Part shown: positions 53,640 through 64,000 of the stretch, piece after piece
How the letters are laid out: each line of letters opens with the position of its first letter
How positions within the stretch are numbered: position 1 is the first letter of the stretch
Assembly (NCBI RefSeq): GCF_006345805.1
Contig: NC_043002.1
Coordinates: forward strand, 30,814,001-30,878,000
DNA length: 64,000 nt
Direction: 5' to 3'
From: Octopus sinensis
Taxonomy: Eukaryota
Notes under the pieces: model-generated
Seen by the model: only the letters and a program-made list of their open reading frames with translations
Told to the model about the DNA's origin: nothing
Database searches by the model: none
Position numbers and translations under genes: made by a program

Positions 53640-54400
53640 TGAACCTGTGGAATGCACACTAGATGTCGAAATATCGTTCAGTTGCTAGTAATTTTTATAC
53701 TAAAAATATTTTGCCGTTTTTCTGTGTTATATATATTTGTTAGTCCTGGTGATTTGTTATATATTTGTCTGAATATTTTTTTCATCATACTTAATGCGCC
53801 CACTATGATAGGAAATGTTTCTGTTTTTAAACCTCACATTGGAGATAACTCTGTTTCCAGGTCTTTGTATTTTGAAAGTTACTCCATTTCTTTTCGAGAA
53901 ACATTGTCATCTGTTGGTATTGATACATCATGAAGAAATAACAAATAATTCACTTTTTGTTGGCGGCTTTTGAATACATATCCAGCTTTTGCTTTCCTCA
54001 GAATCAGTGTTAGTGGTATCAAGGACAGTACAAAGATCAGTGGGGACAGGCAGTCTCCTTCAAAGCTACCCCTCTTGATTTCTACTAACCCTAAACTTCT
54101 TCCGTATGCTGTCAGGTCCGTCCTCCAATTCGCCATAACTTTTACAAGCAATCTCTCAGCATTCGATGCAAAAGCAAATAGGTTCATACATTCCATAATC
54201 CAAGAGTGTGGGATCATATCGTACGCCTTATGATAATTGATCCATGACATGGCTAAGTTACTTTTCCTCCCATTGCAGTCTCTAAGTATAGTTTTGTCAA
54301 TAAGGAATTGATCCTTGGTATCTCTGCACTTACGCTTGCAACCCTTCTACTCATGTGGCAAGACTCCATTTTGTCCCAGATGCTCGTACATTGACTCTGC
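53640..54400 (-). pseudogene. Older Dong/R4 fragments (RT domains 2-5 joined to the REL C-terminus)
   Basis: [46 protein letters not shown], then SKYKDLETELSPMWGLKTETFPIIVGAL. Confidence 0.75.
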
Positions 54401-54930
54401 GAGTATTCCAGTCAATAACAAACATAGATATATACATATATACGTGCATATACGTACGTACATAAATGGCTTATACATTTATGCATGTAATTATGGGCAT
54501 ACTGAGATACGTAACACACTGCCTAAGTGCGAAGTTTGAGAAACTAGGCTTCTCAAAACAAAATGGGAAAAGCTAGATAGAAGATTACTGATCACTGGAA
54601 CTGTAAAAATTCCTAAACTTTCCAGGAGTTTCGTATTTAAGTATACAAAACATACAACACATACACACCTGCACATGCAGTGACTTCAAATACTGCACAC
54701 ACATACAAATGCATGCAAAAATGCCCTGTTGATGTTGTTGAAATTCCAATCGAGAAGCCTTGGATATAGGTTAGAAACCGGCAAGAAAACTTGGAATAAT
54801 ATTGATCAATGACATACATACATAGATTCATATATATATAGACACATACATACGTGCGTACGTACAAACATACATAAATTCATACATTCATACATACATA
54901 CATACATACATACATACATACATACATACA

Positions 54931-54964
<34 letters not shown>

Positions 54965-55554
54965 AACACATTAGTGACACAGACACATTCACGAGCCTTT
55001 GTCGCTAATATCTTAATCACACTCGCTCTGTCTTTGACGCCCGGCAATATTTCTAAATCATGTCACGTGTACTGTTACCTTCGCCTACATTTCTGACGGC
55101 CATTCAGTTTAAAGGATTTATAGTATGTTTCATACTTTAACCTCTTTCCTTCCTCTGTTTGTTTATTATTTGCAACACCCTCGTGTCTCCTGATTACCTG
55201 AGCACCTTACAGTTCATCTGTTCTTGAATATGTCTTCTTCCAAAGTGATTCTACCCTCGTTGTTGTTGACTCACTTCATGCATCATATCACGGACGGATT
55301 CTTCTCTTTCTTCTTCCTTAACCTTTGCAACGCTTATTCTGTCTTTTAATTTTGTTTACTTCCATTTATATTCCTTTATTTTTATTACTTTGACATTTTT
55401 TATTTCATCTTTCTTGCACAGGTTTATATTTTTTGATTTCTGTCACTCGTGATTTCTCTTTAATTTTCACAACCGCCGTTTTAGTTCTCCGCCTCTCTCA
55501 CTCTCCCTCGCTCTCTCATTTTTTCTCTGTTTGACTATCTCACTCTTTCTGTCA

Positions 55555-55586
<32 letters not shown>

Positions 55587-57685
55587 CTCTCTGTCACTCT
55601 CGTTATATATACGTGTGTATGTGTCTGTAAGTGTGCACGCACGCATATATTTGACTGCTTGTGAACACGGACTCGTGTGTGAGTGAGTCGGTGTATGTGT
55701 GTGCATGTGTATGTAAGCTCGCGTGTGTACCTTCTACTGTCCTTCTATCTAGGTCTAAAATCACATAAGGATTAATTTTTCTCCATCTATTTCTCTATAA
55801 ACCTCTAACCCTTTCACTCCTCCACGATTTTTATGTCTCTCTCACACTCTCTCTTTCTGCACACACACACACACACAAACACACATACACGCACACACAC
55901 ATATATATTCTCTTTTAGCTTCATTTTCTCTTCCCCACTAGCCCAATCGACGCATTCACAATGTCTTCTATCTTCTTCTGAACTTCTCTTTCTTACACTT
56001 GCTCTCTCCTTCTCTATTTCCACCACTCTCTCTCCACCTCTCTCCCTCTCCCCTTCTCTCTCTCTCTCGTTCTGCCAACTATCCTTATATCTCTCAGTCT
56101 TTCTTCTCCCTCTCTTTCACTTACATTCCTCGTTGTCACTATTAAGGAGACACAGGATCACTCCATCATAGGTTGCTAGTTTCCTGATTTACGCCAATAT
56201 ATCAAATAGAAAGGGCACAGAGTGACCCCAGGCCGTTCAGTGCAACAAGAGACCCCTGAACAACTCTCCCCTACTACACCCTTATAACTTATAGTTCCTT
56301 TCTAAGGGTTGATTCAAATTAAGACATAGACACGCAACGCTCACGACGTATACGCTGTGATTACGTACATAAATATCTAGAAATATTTTCCACGTGTGTG
56401 TGTGTGTGTGTGAGTATCTGTGTGCGTGCGTAGAATTTTGTGTGTATCACAATGTGAGTGTGTGTGTAGTGTGCGTGTATGTGTGAGCGTATACACGCGC
56501 AGGCATATAAACACATACATATGTATACGAAAATATACATATATATATATGTGTATATGTACAGAGGTGTATGTGTCTATAAACATGCATACATACATAC
56601 ATACATACATACATATCTATATATATATATATATATATATCTCTCTGTCACTCTCGTTATATATACGTGTGTATGTGTCTGTAAGTGTGCACGCACGCAT
56701 ATATTTGACTGCTTGTGAACACGGACTCGTGTGTGAGTGAGTCGGTGTATGTGTGTGCATGTGTATGTAAGCTCGCGTGTGTACCTTCTACTGTCCTTCT
56801 ATCTAGGTCTAAAATCACATAAGGATTAATTTTTCTCCATCTATTTCTCTATAAACCTCTAACCCTTTCACTCCTCCACGATTTTTATGTCTCTCTCACA
56901 CTCTCTCTTTCTGCACACACACACACACAAACACACATACACGCACACACACATATATATTCTCTTTTAGCTTCATTTTCTCTTCCCCACTAGCCCAATC
57001 GACGCATTCACAATGTCTTCTATCTTCTTCTGAACTTCTCTTTCTTACACTTGCTCTCTCCTTCTCTATTTCCACCACTCTCTCTCCACCTCTCTCCCTC
57101 TCCCCTTCTCTCTCTCTCTCGTTCTGCCAACTATCCTTATATCTCTCAGTCTTTCTTCTCCCTCTCTTTCACTTACATTCCTCGTTGTCACTATTAAGGA
57201 GACACAGGATCACTCCATCATAGGTTGCTAGTTTCCTGATTTACGCCAATATATCAAATAGAAAGGGCACAGAGTGACCCCAGGCCGTTCAGTGCAACAA
57301 GAGACCCCTGAACAACTCTCCCCTACTACACCCTTATAACTTATAGTTCCTTTCTAAGGGTTGATTCAAATTAAGACATAGACACGCAACGCTCACGACG
57401 TATACGCTGTGATTACGTACATAAATATCTAGAAATATTTTCCACGTGTGTGTGTGTGTGTGTGAGTATCTGTGTGCGTGCGTAGAATTTTGTGTGTATC
57501 ACAATGTGAGTGTGTGTGTAGTGTGCGTGTATGTGTGAGCGTATACACGCGCAGGCATATAAACACATACATATGTATACGAAAATATACATATATATAT
57601 ATGTGTATATGTACAGAGGTGTATGTGTCTATAAACATGCATACATACATACATACATATCTATATATATATATATATATATATA
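55587..57685. repeat. Near-identical tandem duplication, ~1052-1054-bp unit, two copies
   Basis: 55587-56640 versus 56641-57685; visible differences are microsatellite lengths. Confidence 0.93.
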
Positions 57686-57942
57686 TTTAACAATTAAGGA
57701 TAACCTCTTAATAAGGGATCTTAACAAGAAATTATCGGGTAGTTAGCGTGAAAACCTCATAAAAGAAAAGAATTCGAAAATAATTTTTTTCTTTTGAACA
57801 AATTAATTATATCTATATTGTATAGAGGGCATTATTACACATAAATGCCTCACACTAAGAGGGACAAAGTCATTACTACCAAAATTATACTAATCATACC
57901 CAAATGCAGTTTTTCAAAGCAAGACATTTAAAAAATGAATTT

Positions 57943-58000
57943 AGTTCTGTATCACCGTGATTTCACATTCAACTTACGTCTTATGATCCTCAGCAGAACT
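57943..58000 (-). ncRNA. Type I hammerhead motif (inverted copy)
   Basis: Reverse complement of 58406-58463. Confidence 0.68.
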
Positions 58001-58405
58001 GATTCTGAACACATCATAAATAAACTACCAACCTTACGTAGCGAAGACGAACAGACAACTGCCCACTCCGGCCAAGCACATGGAATGTTTATAAATCATA
58101 TATCCGGTAAATGGCGGGCTTTTTACGAACTGCATGTCGATGCAGTTTTCGAATTCTTTTCTTTTATGAGGTTTTTACGCTAACTACCCGATAATTTCTT
58201 GTTAAGATCCCTTATTAAGAGGTTATCCTTAATTGTTAAACTTATTCCGAAATACTTTTCATTACCCGACATGCAGTTCGTAAAAAGCCCGCCATTTACC
58301 GGATATATGATTTATAAACATTCCATGTGCTTGGCCGGAGTGGGCAGTTGTCTGTTCGTCTTCGCTACGTAAGGTTGGTAGTTTATTTATGATGTGTTCA
58401 GAATC

Positions 58406-58463
58406 AGTTCTGCTGAGGATCATAAGACGTAAGTTGAATGTGAAATCACGGTGATACAGAACT
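58406..58463 (+). ncRNA. Type I hammerhead ribozyme motif
   Basis: agttctg-CUGAGGA-tcat...atgt-GAAA-tcacggtga-UA-cagaact; 7-bp stem I, near-palindromic stem III, U-U at the base of stem II. Confidence 0.68.
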
Positions 58464-58585
58464 AAATTCATTTTTTTAAATGTCTTGCTTTGAAAAACTG
58501 CATTTGGGTATGATTAGTATAATTTTGGTAGTAATGACTTTGTCCCTCTTAGTGTGAGACATTTATGTGTAATAATGCCCTTTAT

Positions 58586-58627
<42 letters not shown>

Positions 58628-58632
<5 letters not shown>

Positions 58633-58830
58633 TCTGCATTTCATTTGTTCGTTTACTTGTTTCAGTCATTTGACTGCGGCCACGCTGGGGCACCGAACAA
58701 ATGAACCACAGGACTTATGCTTTGTAAGCCGAGTACTTAATCTATCGCTAGCTTTTGCCAAACAACTGAGTTATGGGATCGTAACCACACCAAAATCGGT
58801 TGTGAAGCGATGGTGGTAATGGGGGGACAA
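58628..58830 (-). mobile_element. SINE family A, 3' half
   Basis: TTTACTTGTTTCAGTCATTTGACTGCGGCCA...ATCGGTTGTGAAGCGATGG. Confidence 0.75.
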
Positions 58831-59140
58831 GTACCGACCCAGAAATACATACATATATATATATACATGTGTATGAATATATATATATATATGTGGGTGG
58901 GTGTTGAGAGATTGTCCTAACCCGTTTGCCCGCAGACGCTTGATTGCTCTAATTATTACCAGATTTTATCGGCGGTTTAAATAAGAATTTTGATTGCTAT
59001 GTTCTCTGATTAATTTTAATCCTTCAGCTATTCAATGCTTTCTGGGATGCTTGTAATCAGCTATGATATTGATTCTATTATCATTTCTAATTGTTACATA
59101 AGTTAATAATATAGTCAATATTTTCTCCTGAAATAATACT

Positions 59141-59181
<41 letters not shown>

Positions 59182-59221
59182 TATATATATATATATAGAT
59201 ATATTATATATATATATATAT

Positions 59222-59269
<48 letters not shown>

Positions 59270-59326
59270 TATATATAATATATATATATATATCTACAAA
59301 GATGGATATATATATATATATATAAT

Positions 59327-59394
<68 letters not shown>

Positions 59395-59820
59395 GCGTAG
59401 GAGTGGCTGTGTGGTAAGTAGCTTGCTTACCAACCACATGGTTCCGGGTTCGGTACCACTGCGTGGTACCTTGGGCAAGTGTCTTCCACTATAGCCTCGG
59501 GCCGACCAAAGCCTTGTGATTTGATTTGGTAGACGGAAATTGAAAGAAGCTCGTCGTATGTATTATATTAGATATAATATATATATATATAATATATTAT
59601 ATATATATATATATTATATATATATATATATGCGTGTGTATATGTTTAGGCTCCCCCAACATCGCTTGACAACCGATGCTGATCTGTTTGCTGTCAAAAA
59701 GCGACCGATAAAATAAGTACTAGGCTTAGAAAAAATAAGTCCTGGGGTCGATTTGCTCCACTAAAGGCGGTGCTCAAGCATGGCCGCAGTCAAATAACTG
59801 AAACAAGTAAAAGAGTAAAA
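59395..59820 (+). mobile_element. Full-length SINE family A
   Basis: Head, CORE-like region, internal (TA)n and 3' half ending AAAAGAGTAAAA. Confidence 0.88.
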
Positions 59821-60120
59821 GAACGAATAAAAGAATATATATATATCTTTTATTCTTTTACTCGTTTCAGCTTTTATTCGAACAAATCGACCCCAGGATT
59901 TAGTCTTTGTAAGCTAAGTTATTGTATATTAACAGAAAGGAAGGAGTCAGAACTTTGTATAATTCTTTATTATTGCTTTCGTTCGTTCAACCGAACTGTT
60001 CACGAAAAATTGAACCAAAATAATAAAAATAGAACGTTTCATTTTTTTTTTATATGAACCGAAGAGAGGATGATTTTTAGGTTTGTTTAGAAGAGGAAAA
60101 CATACATACATACCCACCAC

Positions 60121-60153
<33 letters not shown>

Positions 60154-60186
60154 TACATATAGATAGATATATACACACAGACAGAC

Positions 60187-60222
<36 letters not shown>

Positions 60223-60224
60223 CG

Positions 60225-60380
60225 GCGAGCATTTTTCTGTTTCCGTGTATCAAATCCATTCACAAGGATTTATTCGGCATGAGGCTATGGTAGTAGGCAT
60301 TCGCTCCAGGTCCCACACAGTAGGACTGAACCCGGAACAATGAAGTTGGGAAGCAAGTTTCTTACCACACAGCCACACGT
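60225..60380 (-). mobile_element. Diverged SINE family A, 5' half
   Basis: Reverse complement of GTGGCTGTGTGGTAAGAAACTTGC...GGGTTCAGTCC. Confidence 0.6.
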
Positions 60381-60639
60381 GTGCCTATATGCATGTCTGC
60401 ACATATGTACGTGTACCCTGCTCCCTATCTTCCTCTCTTTCTCCCCTTCTCCGGAACACAAAATGTTCTCGTATTCTGATAAAAAAAGAAACACCGCTCT
60501 TCGATTCATATAAAAAAACTATGAAACGTTCTGTTTCCACTAATTTGGTACAATTTTTCGTCTAGCTCTTTCGATAAACAAATATGAAAGTGCTTTGACA
60601 AAGCGAAAAATCTTGTCATGCTAAAGGAATGTTGTTGAG

Positions 60640-60960
60640 TTGTTGCAGTCCAGCGAGAGAAATTGCGGTCGGTCAACACGGATTTCTTCTTCAAGATTCT
60701 AGTTGCGAGCCTACCGACTTTTTCTGTGCCAACATGGTGTCAATCGCTTCTGTGTCGGAGGTGTCCGACATCGTGATAGTGACATCGTCTGCATATGAAG
60801 ACACGACTCTCATATGTCTTAGTTCCCGCCGATTTGCCTTCAAATTCTGCAGCAATGTTTCTTGCGCCAAAATATATATAAAAACAGTTAAAGGGGTTGA
60901 ATCGCTGGCGGTACGAGCGTTCCATACTGAAAGCTTCCAAAAGATAACCGTTTAACATGA
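60640..60960 (-). pseudogene. L1/Tx1-type RT fragment (domains 4-5)
   Basis: AFSMERS..., then VVSSYADDVTITMSD across frameshifts. Confidence 0.55.
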
Positions 60961-61145
60961 CCAATAAGTAGATGTCACTATGTATTGTAGAAATACATCG
61001 AAGATTGGACGAAGTCGACAGTTCAAGAAGAAGAAGAAGAAAGGAAGATGATGACGAAGATGATTATGATGATGATGATGAGGAGGAGGATGGACAGCAA
61101 CAATAACAACAGTACAAAACAATAAGAACATAAGTAATAATAATG

Positions 61146-61179
<34 letters not shown>

Positions 61180-61208
61180 GGATAATGATGATGATGATGA
61201 TGATGATG

Positions 61209-61244
<36 letters not shown>

Positions 61245-62035
61245 TCAGTAATGATAATATTGATGATGATCGTGGTGGGAGTGTTGGTGATGATGATGAT
61301 GATTTAATAGAAAAATATTTATACAATTCGGTCGGTGCGGAGCATTGTCATAACAAGAGCTATAGGCAGAGATCATATTGCAGAGTGTAATTACTGCTCT
61401 AATTAAAACATTTAACAAGGTATTAAAATCATGATTATATTTGATAAGAAAATAAATATTTGATAAGAAAATAAATATCTCATTTAATACATCAAAGGAT
61501 TTTTGTTCTCTTTGTAAGATATAAATAATTTGTAAATAATATTGAGCAAAAAATTAGTCCTTGTTGATATTATTAGAATTATGAGGAAATATTTCTGCAA
61601 TTATATAGCATGAGGGAATGGAATTCAGAAAGGAAATAAGTCGTTCATACAAAAAATGGAATTGGGTCAACCAACAGAAATATCATTAATTATTTATAAC
61701 TTATTTATTAATTATGAAGTTAAAAATATAATCATAGTAAAATAGAAGTAAATTTATAATTAGTCAGTAATTAAGTGACAGGTCGAAAAGGGAATCGTAT
61801 CACGATTTATTATTGTCTCTCAGGTAGTCACGTGAGAAAGGCATGAAACTTACTTAATCACATTTCTTTCTAAAACGCATAAACACACATAGATACCAGT
61901 GCGCGCATACACGCTCAAATTTTACATTTCCCAGTTACTGGAATTTAAACTTTTGCCCGACGTGTTATTCAAATAGTAAATAATCTATCATATGAAGTAT
62001 CCCGCTCTCATATTGTTAATTTGTTAGCGTAGGCG

Positions 62036-62640
62036 TTAGTTAGTTAGTTAGTTAGTTAATTTGGCTCAAAAGCAAATAGCAAGGCCATGTAGGGGGACAT
62101 GGAGTTAAGTACAGGGTGGTGTTCATGTAAAGAGTTCAGGCCACTTGAGGTCCAGAGAGGCTTTGAACAAAGCGGTCGTCGGCATCTTCACCATGTCGTC
62201 TGGCAGCTTGTTCCACGGATCCGCAACCCGGACGGAGAAAGCTCCTCTCCTTCGATTGAGATGAAATCGTCGCAGGTAGAGCTTTTCGGAATGACCCCGC
62301 AGCCGACGCTCCGGAGCAGGAGTGAAGAACAGCTCTTTCGAGAGGTTACACTTCCCGCTTATGATGTTGTGGGCGAGAATGAGATCACCACGGCGGCGGC
62401 GTTTTTCAAGAGAATAACGGTCGAGCGTCATCAGCCTTTCTTCGTAGGACAAATTTTTGAGACCATGAACCATGCGGGTAGCCAGCCTCTGGACTCTTTC
62501 GAGATGATGTATGACTTTGAGGAGATAAGGAGAAGGGGCTTGAATCCCATACTCCAATATGGGTCTCACCAGCGTGACATAGAGTGGTAGGAACATGGCT
62601 GCTGTGAGCATTCCGAATGACCGTCGAATCAAAAACAGAA
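62036..62640 (-). mobile_element. CR1-type LINE 3' end with (TAAC)n tail
   Basis: LYVTLVRPILEYG..LERVQRLATRMV.GLKNLSYEERL..L..YSLEKRRRRGDLI..RGHSEKL..FSVRVADPWNKLP. Confidence 0.88.
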
Positions 62641-63026
62641 GGCGTAAGAGTGGCTGTGTGGTAAGTAGCTTGCTTACCAACCTCATGTTTCCGGGTTCAG
62701 CCTCACTGCGTAGCACCTTGGGCAAGTGTCTTCTACTATAGCCTCGGGCCGACCAAATCCCTGTGACTGGACTTGGTAGATGGAAACTGAAAGAAGCCCG
62801 TCAATTATATGTATATATATATGTGTGTGCATGTTTGTTTGTCTGTTCCCCCCCATCATCGCTTGACAACCGATGCTGGTATGTTTACGTCCTCATAACT
62901 TAGCGGTTCGGCAAAAGAGACCGATTGAATAAGTACTAGGCTTACAAAGAATAAGTCCTTGCTCGACTAAAAGCAATGCTCGAGCATGGCCACAGTCAAA
63001 TGACTGAAACAAGTAAAAGAGTAAAA
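62641..63026 (+). mobile_element. Full-length SINE family A
   Basis: GGCGTAAGAGTGGCTGTGTGGTAAGTAGC head through the AAAAGAGTAAAA tail. Confidence 0.88.
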
Positions 63027-63156
63027 TATTCAGAATTTATTTTAAAATCGTTAAAAAAAATGGTCTCAACTTTCGGCACAAGCGCCAGAAATTTTAGGGG
63101 AAATAGGTCTAGTGAATTACATCGATCTAAATACTTAACTGATAATTTATTTTATA

Positions 63157-63590
63157 CGTGGTCTGATCAATAAGTATCCGGACTGTTGCCATAGTAACGA
63201 AGCTAAAGCACGCAAGTGAAGCCACTTGGTAAAGATTGACATTGAGCTTTACTATGCATGCACACTAAGTTTGTACATTCTAGCTTACATCTGCTGTTTA
63301 CAGCAGTGTTTGGAAGAAAGGTGTGTAGCATGTGATCATCGTATTGGTCATGACAGGGAAGGTTGAGCAGAGAATCTGCATATCTGCATTAAATTTCGCC
63401 AAAAGCTTGGCGATACCTGCTCAGAGGTTTACGCAAGATTTTCAAAAATTATTTATCGTTCTTTTCACAATGAAGGAGATCTTGTGCAACTGAAACCCAA
63501 GTGTACTTTTGGTCAGCTGAAAGCAGTTTTGGCACAAACTTGGCAGACACGCATCTCATACCCAAATCTTCTGTGATAATTTTGAGGGAG
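63157..63590 (+). mobile_element. Mariner 5' fragment with an inverted linker segment
   Basis: TA-CGTGGTCTGATCAATAAGTATCCGG TIR and MTGKVEQRIC..KF on plus; TEDLGMRCVSAKFVPKLLSADQK on minus (63440-63590). Confidence 0.7.
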
Positions 63591-63599
63591 GGTATAAAT

Positions 63600-64000
63600 C
63601 GAATCCAAGTGTTAAACTTGTACTTAGTTTATGGACACCAAAAGGAGGAAAGGCAAAATTGACCTCGGCGGAAGTTGAATTCAGAACGCAGACACGGAAG
63701 AAATGCTGCTAAGCATTTCGTCCATTATGCTAACGATTCTTGCAGCTATCCGTTAAATTGAAATTGCTTTAAATTACTCTTGTCTTCGAAAGGCACAAAG
63801 CAAGAAATTTCGGGAGAGGGGCCCAGTCGACTCCATCGACACCAGTGTTTAATTGGCACTTATTTTCTCGACCCCCAAACGGATGAAGGGCAAAGTCGAC
63901 CTCAGTAGAATTTGAACTCGGGACATATGTACGCAGATCATTCATGCCGCAGAATTCTACAAGCATTTCGCCATTACTGTTGACGATTCCTGTTCCATAT
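63600..64000 (-). mobile_element. Two SINE family B copies
   Basis: AAGGCAAAATTGACCTCGGCGGAAGTTGAATTCAGAAC at ~63650 and GGCAAAGTCGACCTCAGTAGAATTTGAACTC at ~63890. Confidence 0.7.

Larger units (their letters stand above)
57686..58593. repeat. Interleaved inverted repeats A-x-B-A'-y-B' containing two HHR copies
   Basis: A 57686-57780 / A' 58146-58240; B 57814-58139 / B' 58267-58593; about 99% identity. Confidence 0.92.

Noticed and set aside
59395-59470. tRNA genes at SINE heads
   Set aside because: A/B boxes are present but there is no complete cloverleaf, and they run into SINE bodies.
61430-61472. 19-bp tandem duplication (and a similar one at 26557-26590)
   Set aside because: Ordinary slippage products.

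Overview
AT-rich (microsatellite-laden) eukaryotic DNA with the repeat profile of an Octopus genome; species assignment is inferred from recognised SINE families, not from a search. It is mostly intronic or intergenic. Almost all ORFs in the supplied track are (TA)n/(CA)n/trinucleotide artefacts. Recognisable content: at least three tRNA-derived SINE families; an L1/Tx1-type LINE (5' part intact, 3' part missing) lying inside a non-autonomous Helitron; other Helitron pieces; a Penelope-like element (RT + GIY-YIG); Dong/R4-type REL-LINEs sitting in (TAA)n; RTE, CR1 and L1 fragments; four mariner fragments; a piggyBac fragment; a ~1.05-kb near-perfect tandem duplication; and a few uncertain host exons. 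The most striking unannotated signal is nine minimal type I hammerhead-ribozyme (HHR) motifs from about six unrelated sequence families. One has an intact GUC core inside a 106-bp inverted repeat. Another sits in a ~480-bp unit present as two inverted, circularly permuted copies, which looks like a retrozyme or a PLE pLTR. All calls were made by eye without tools; most element boundaries are approximate.
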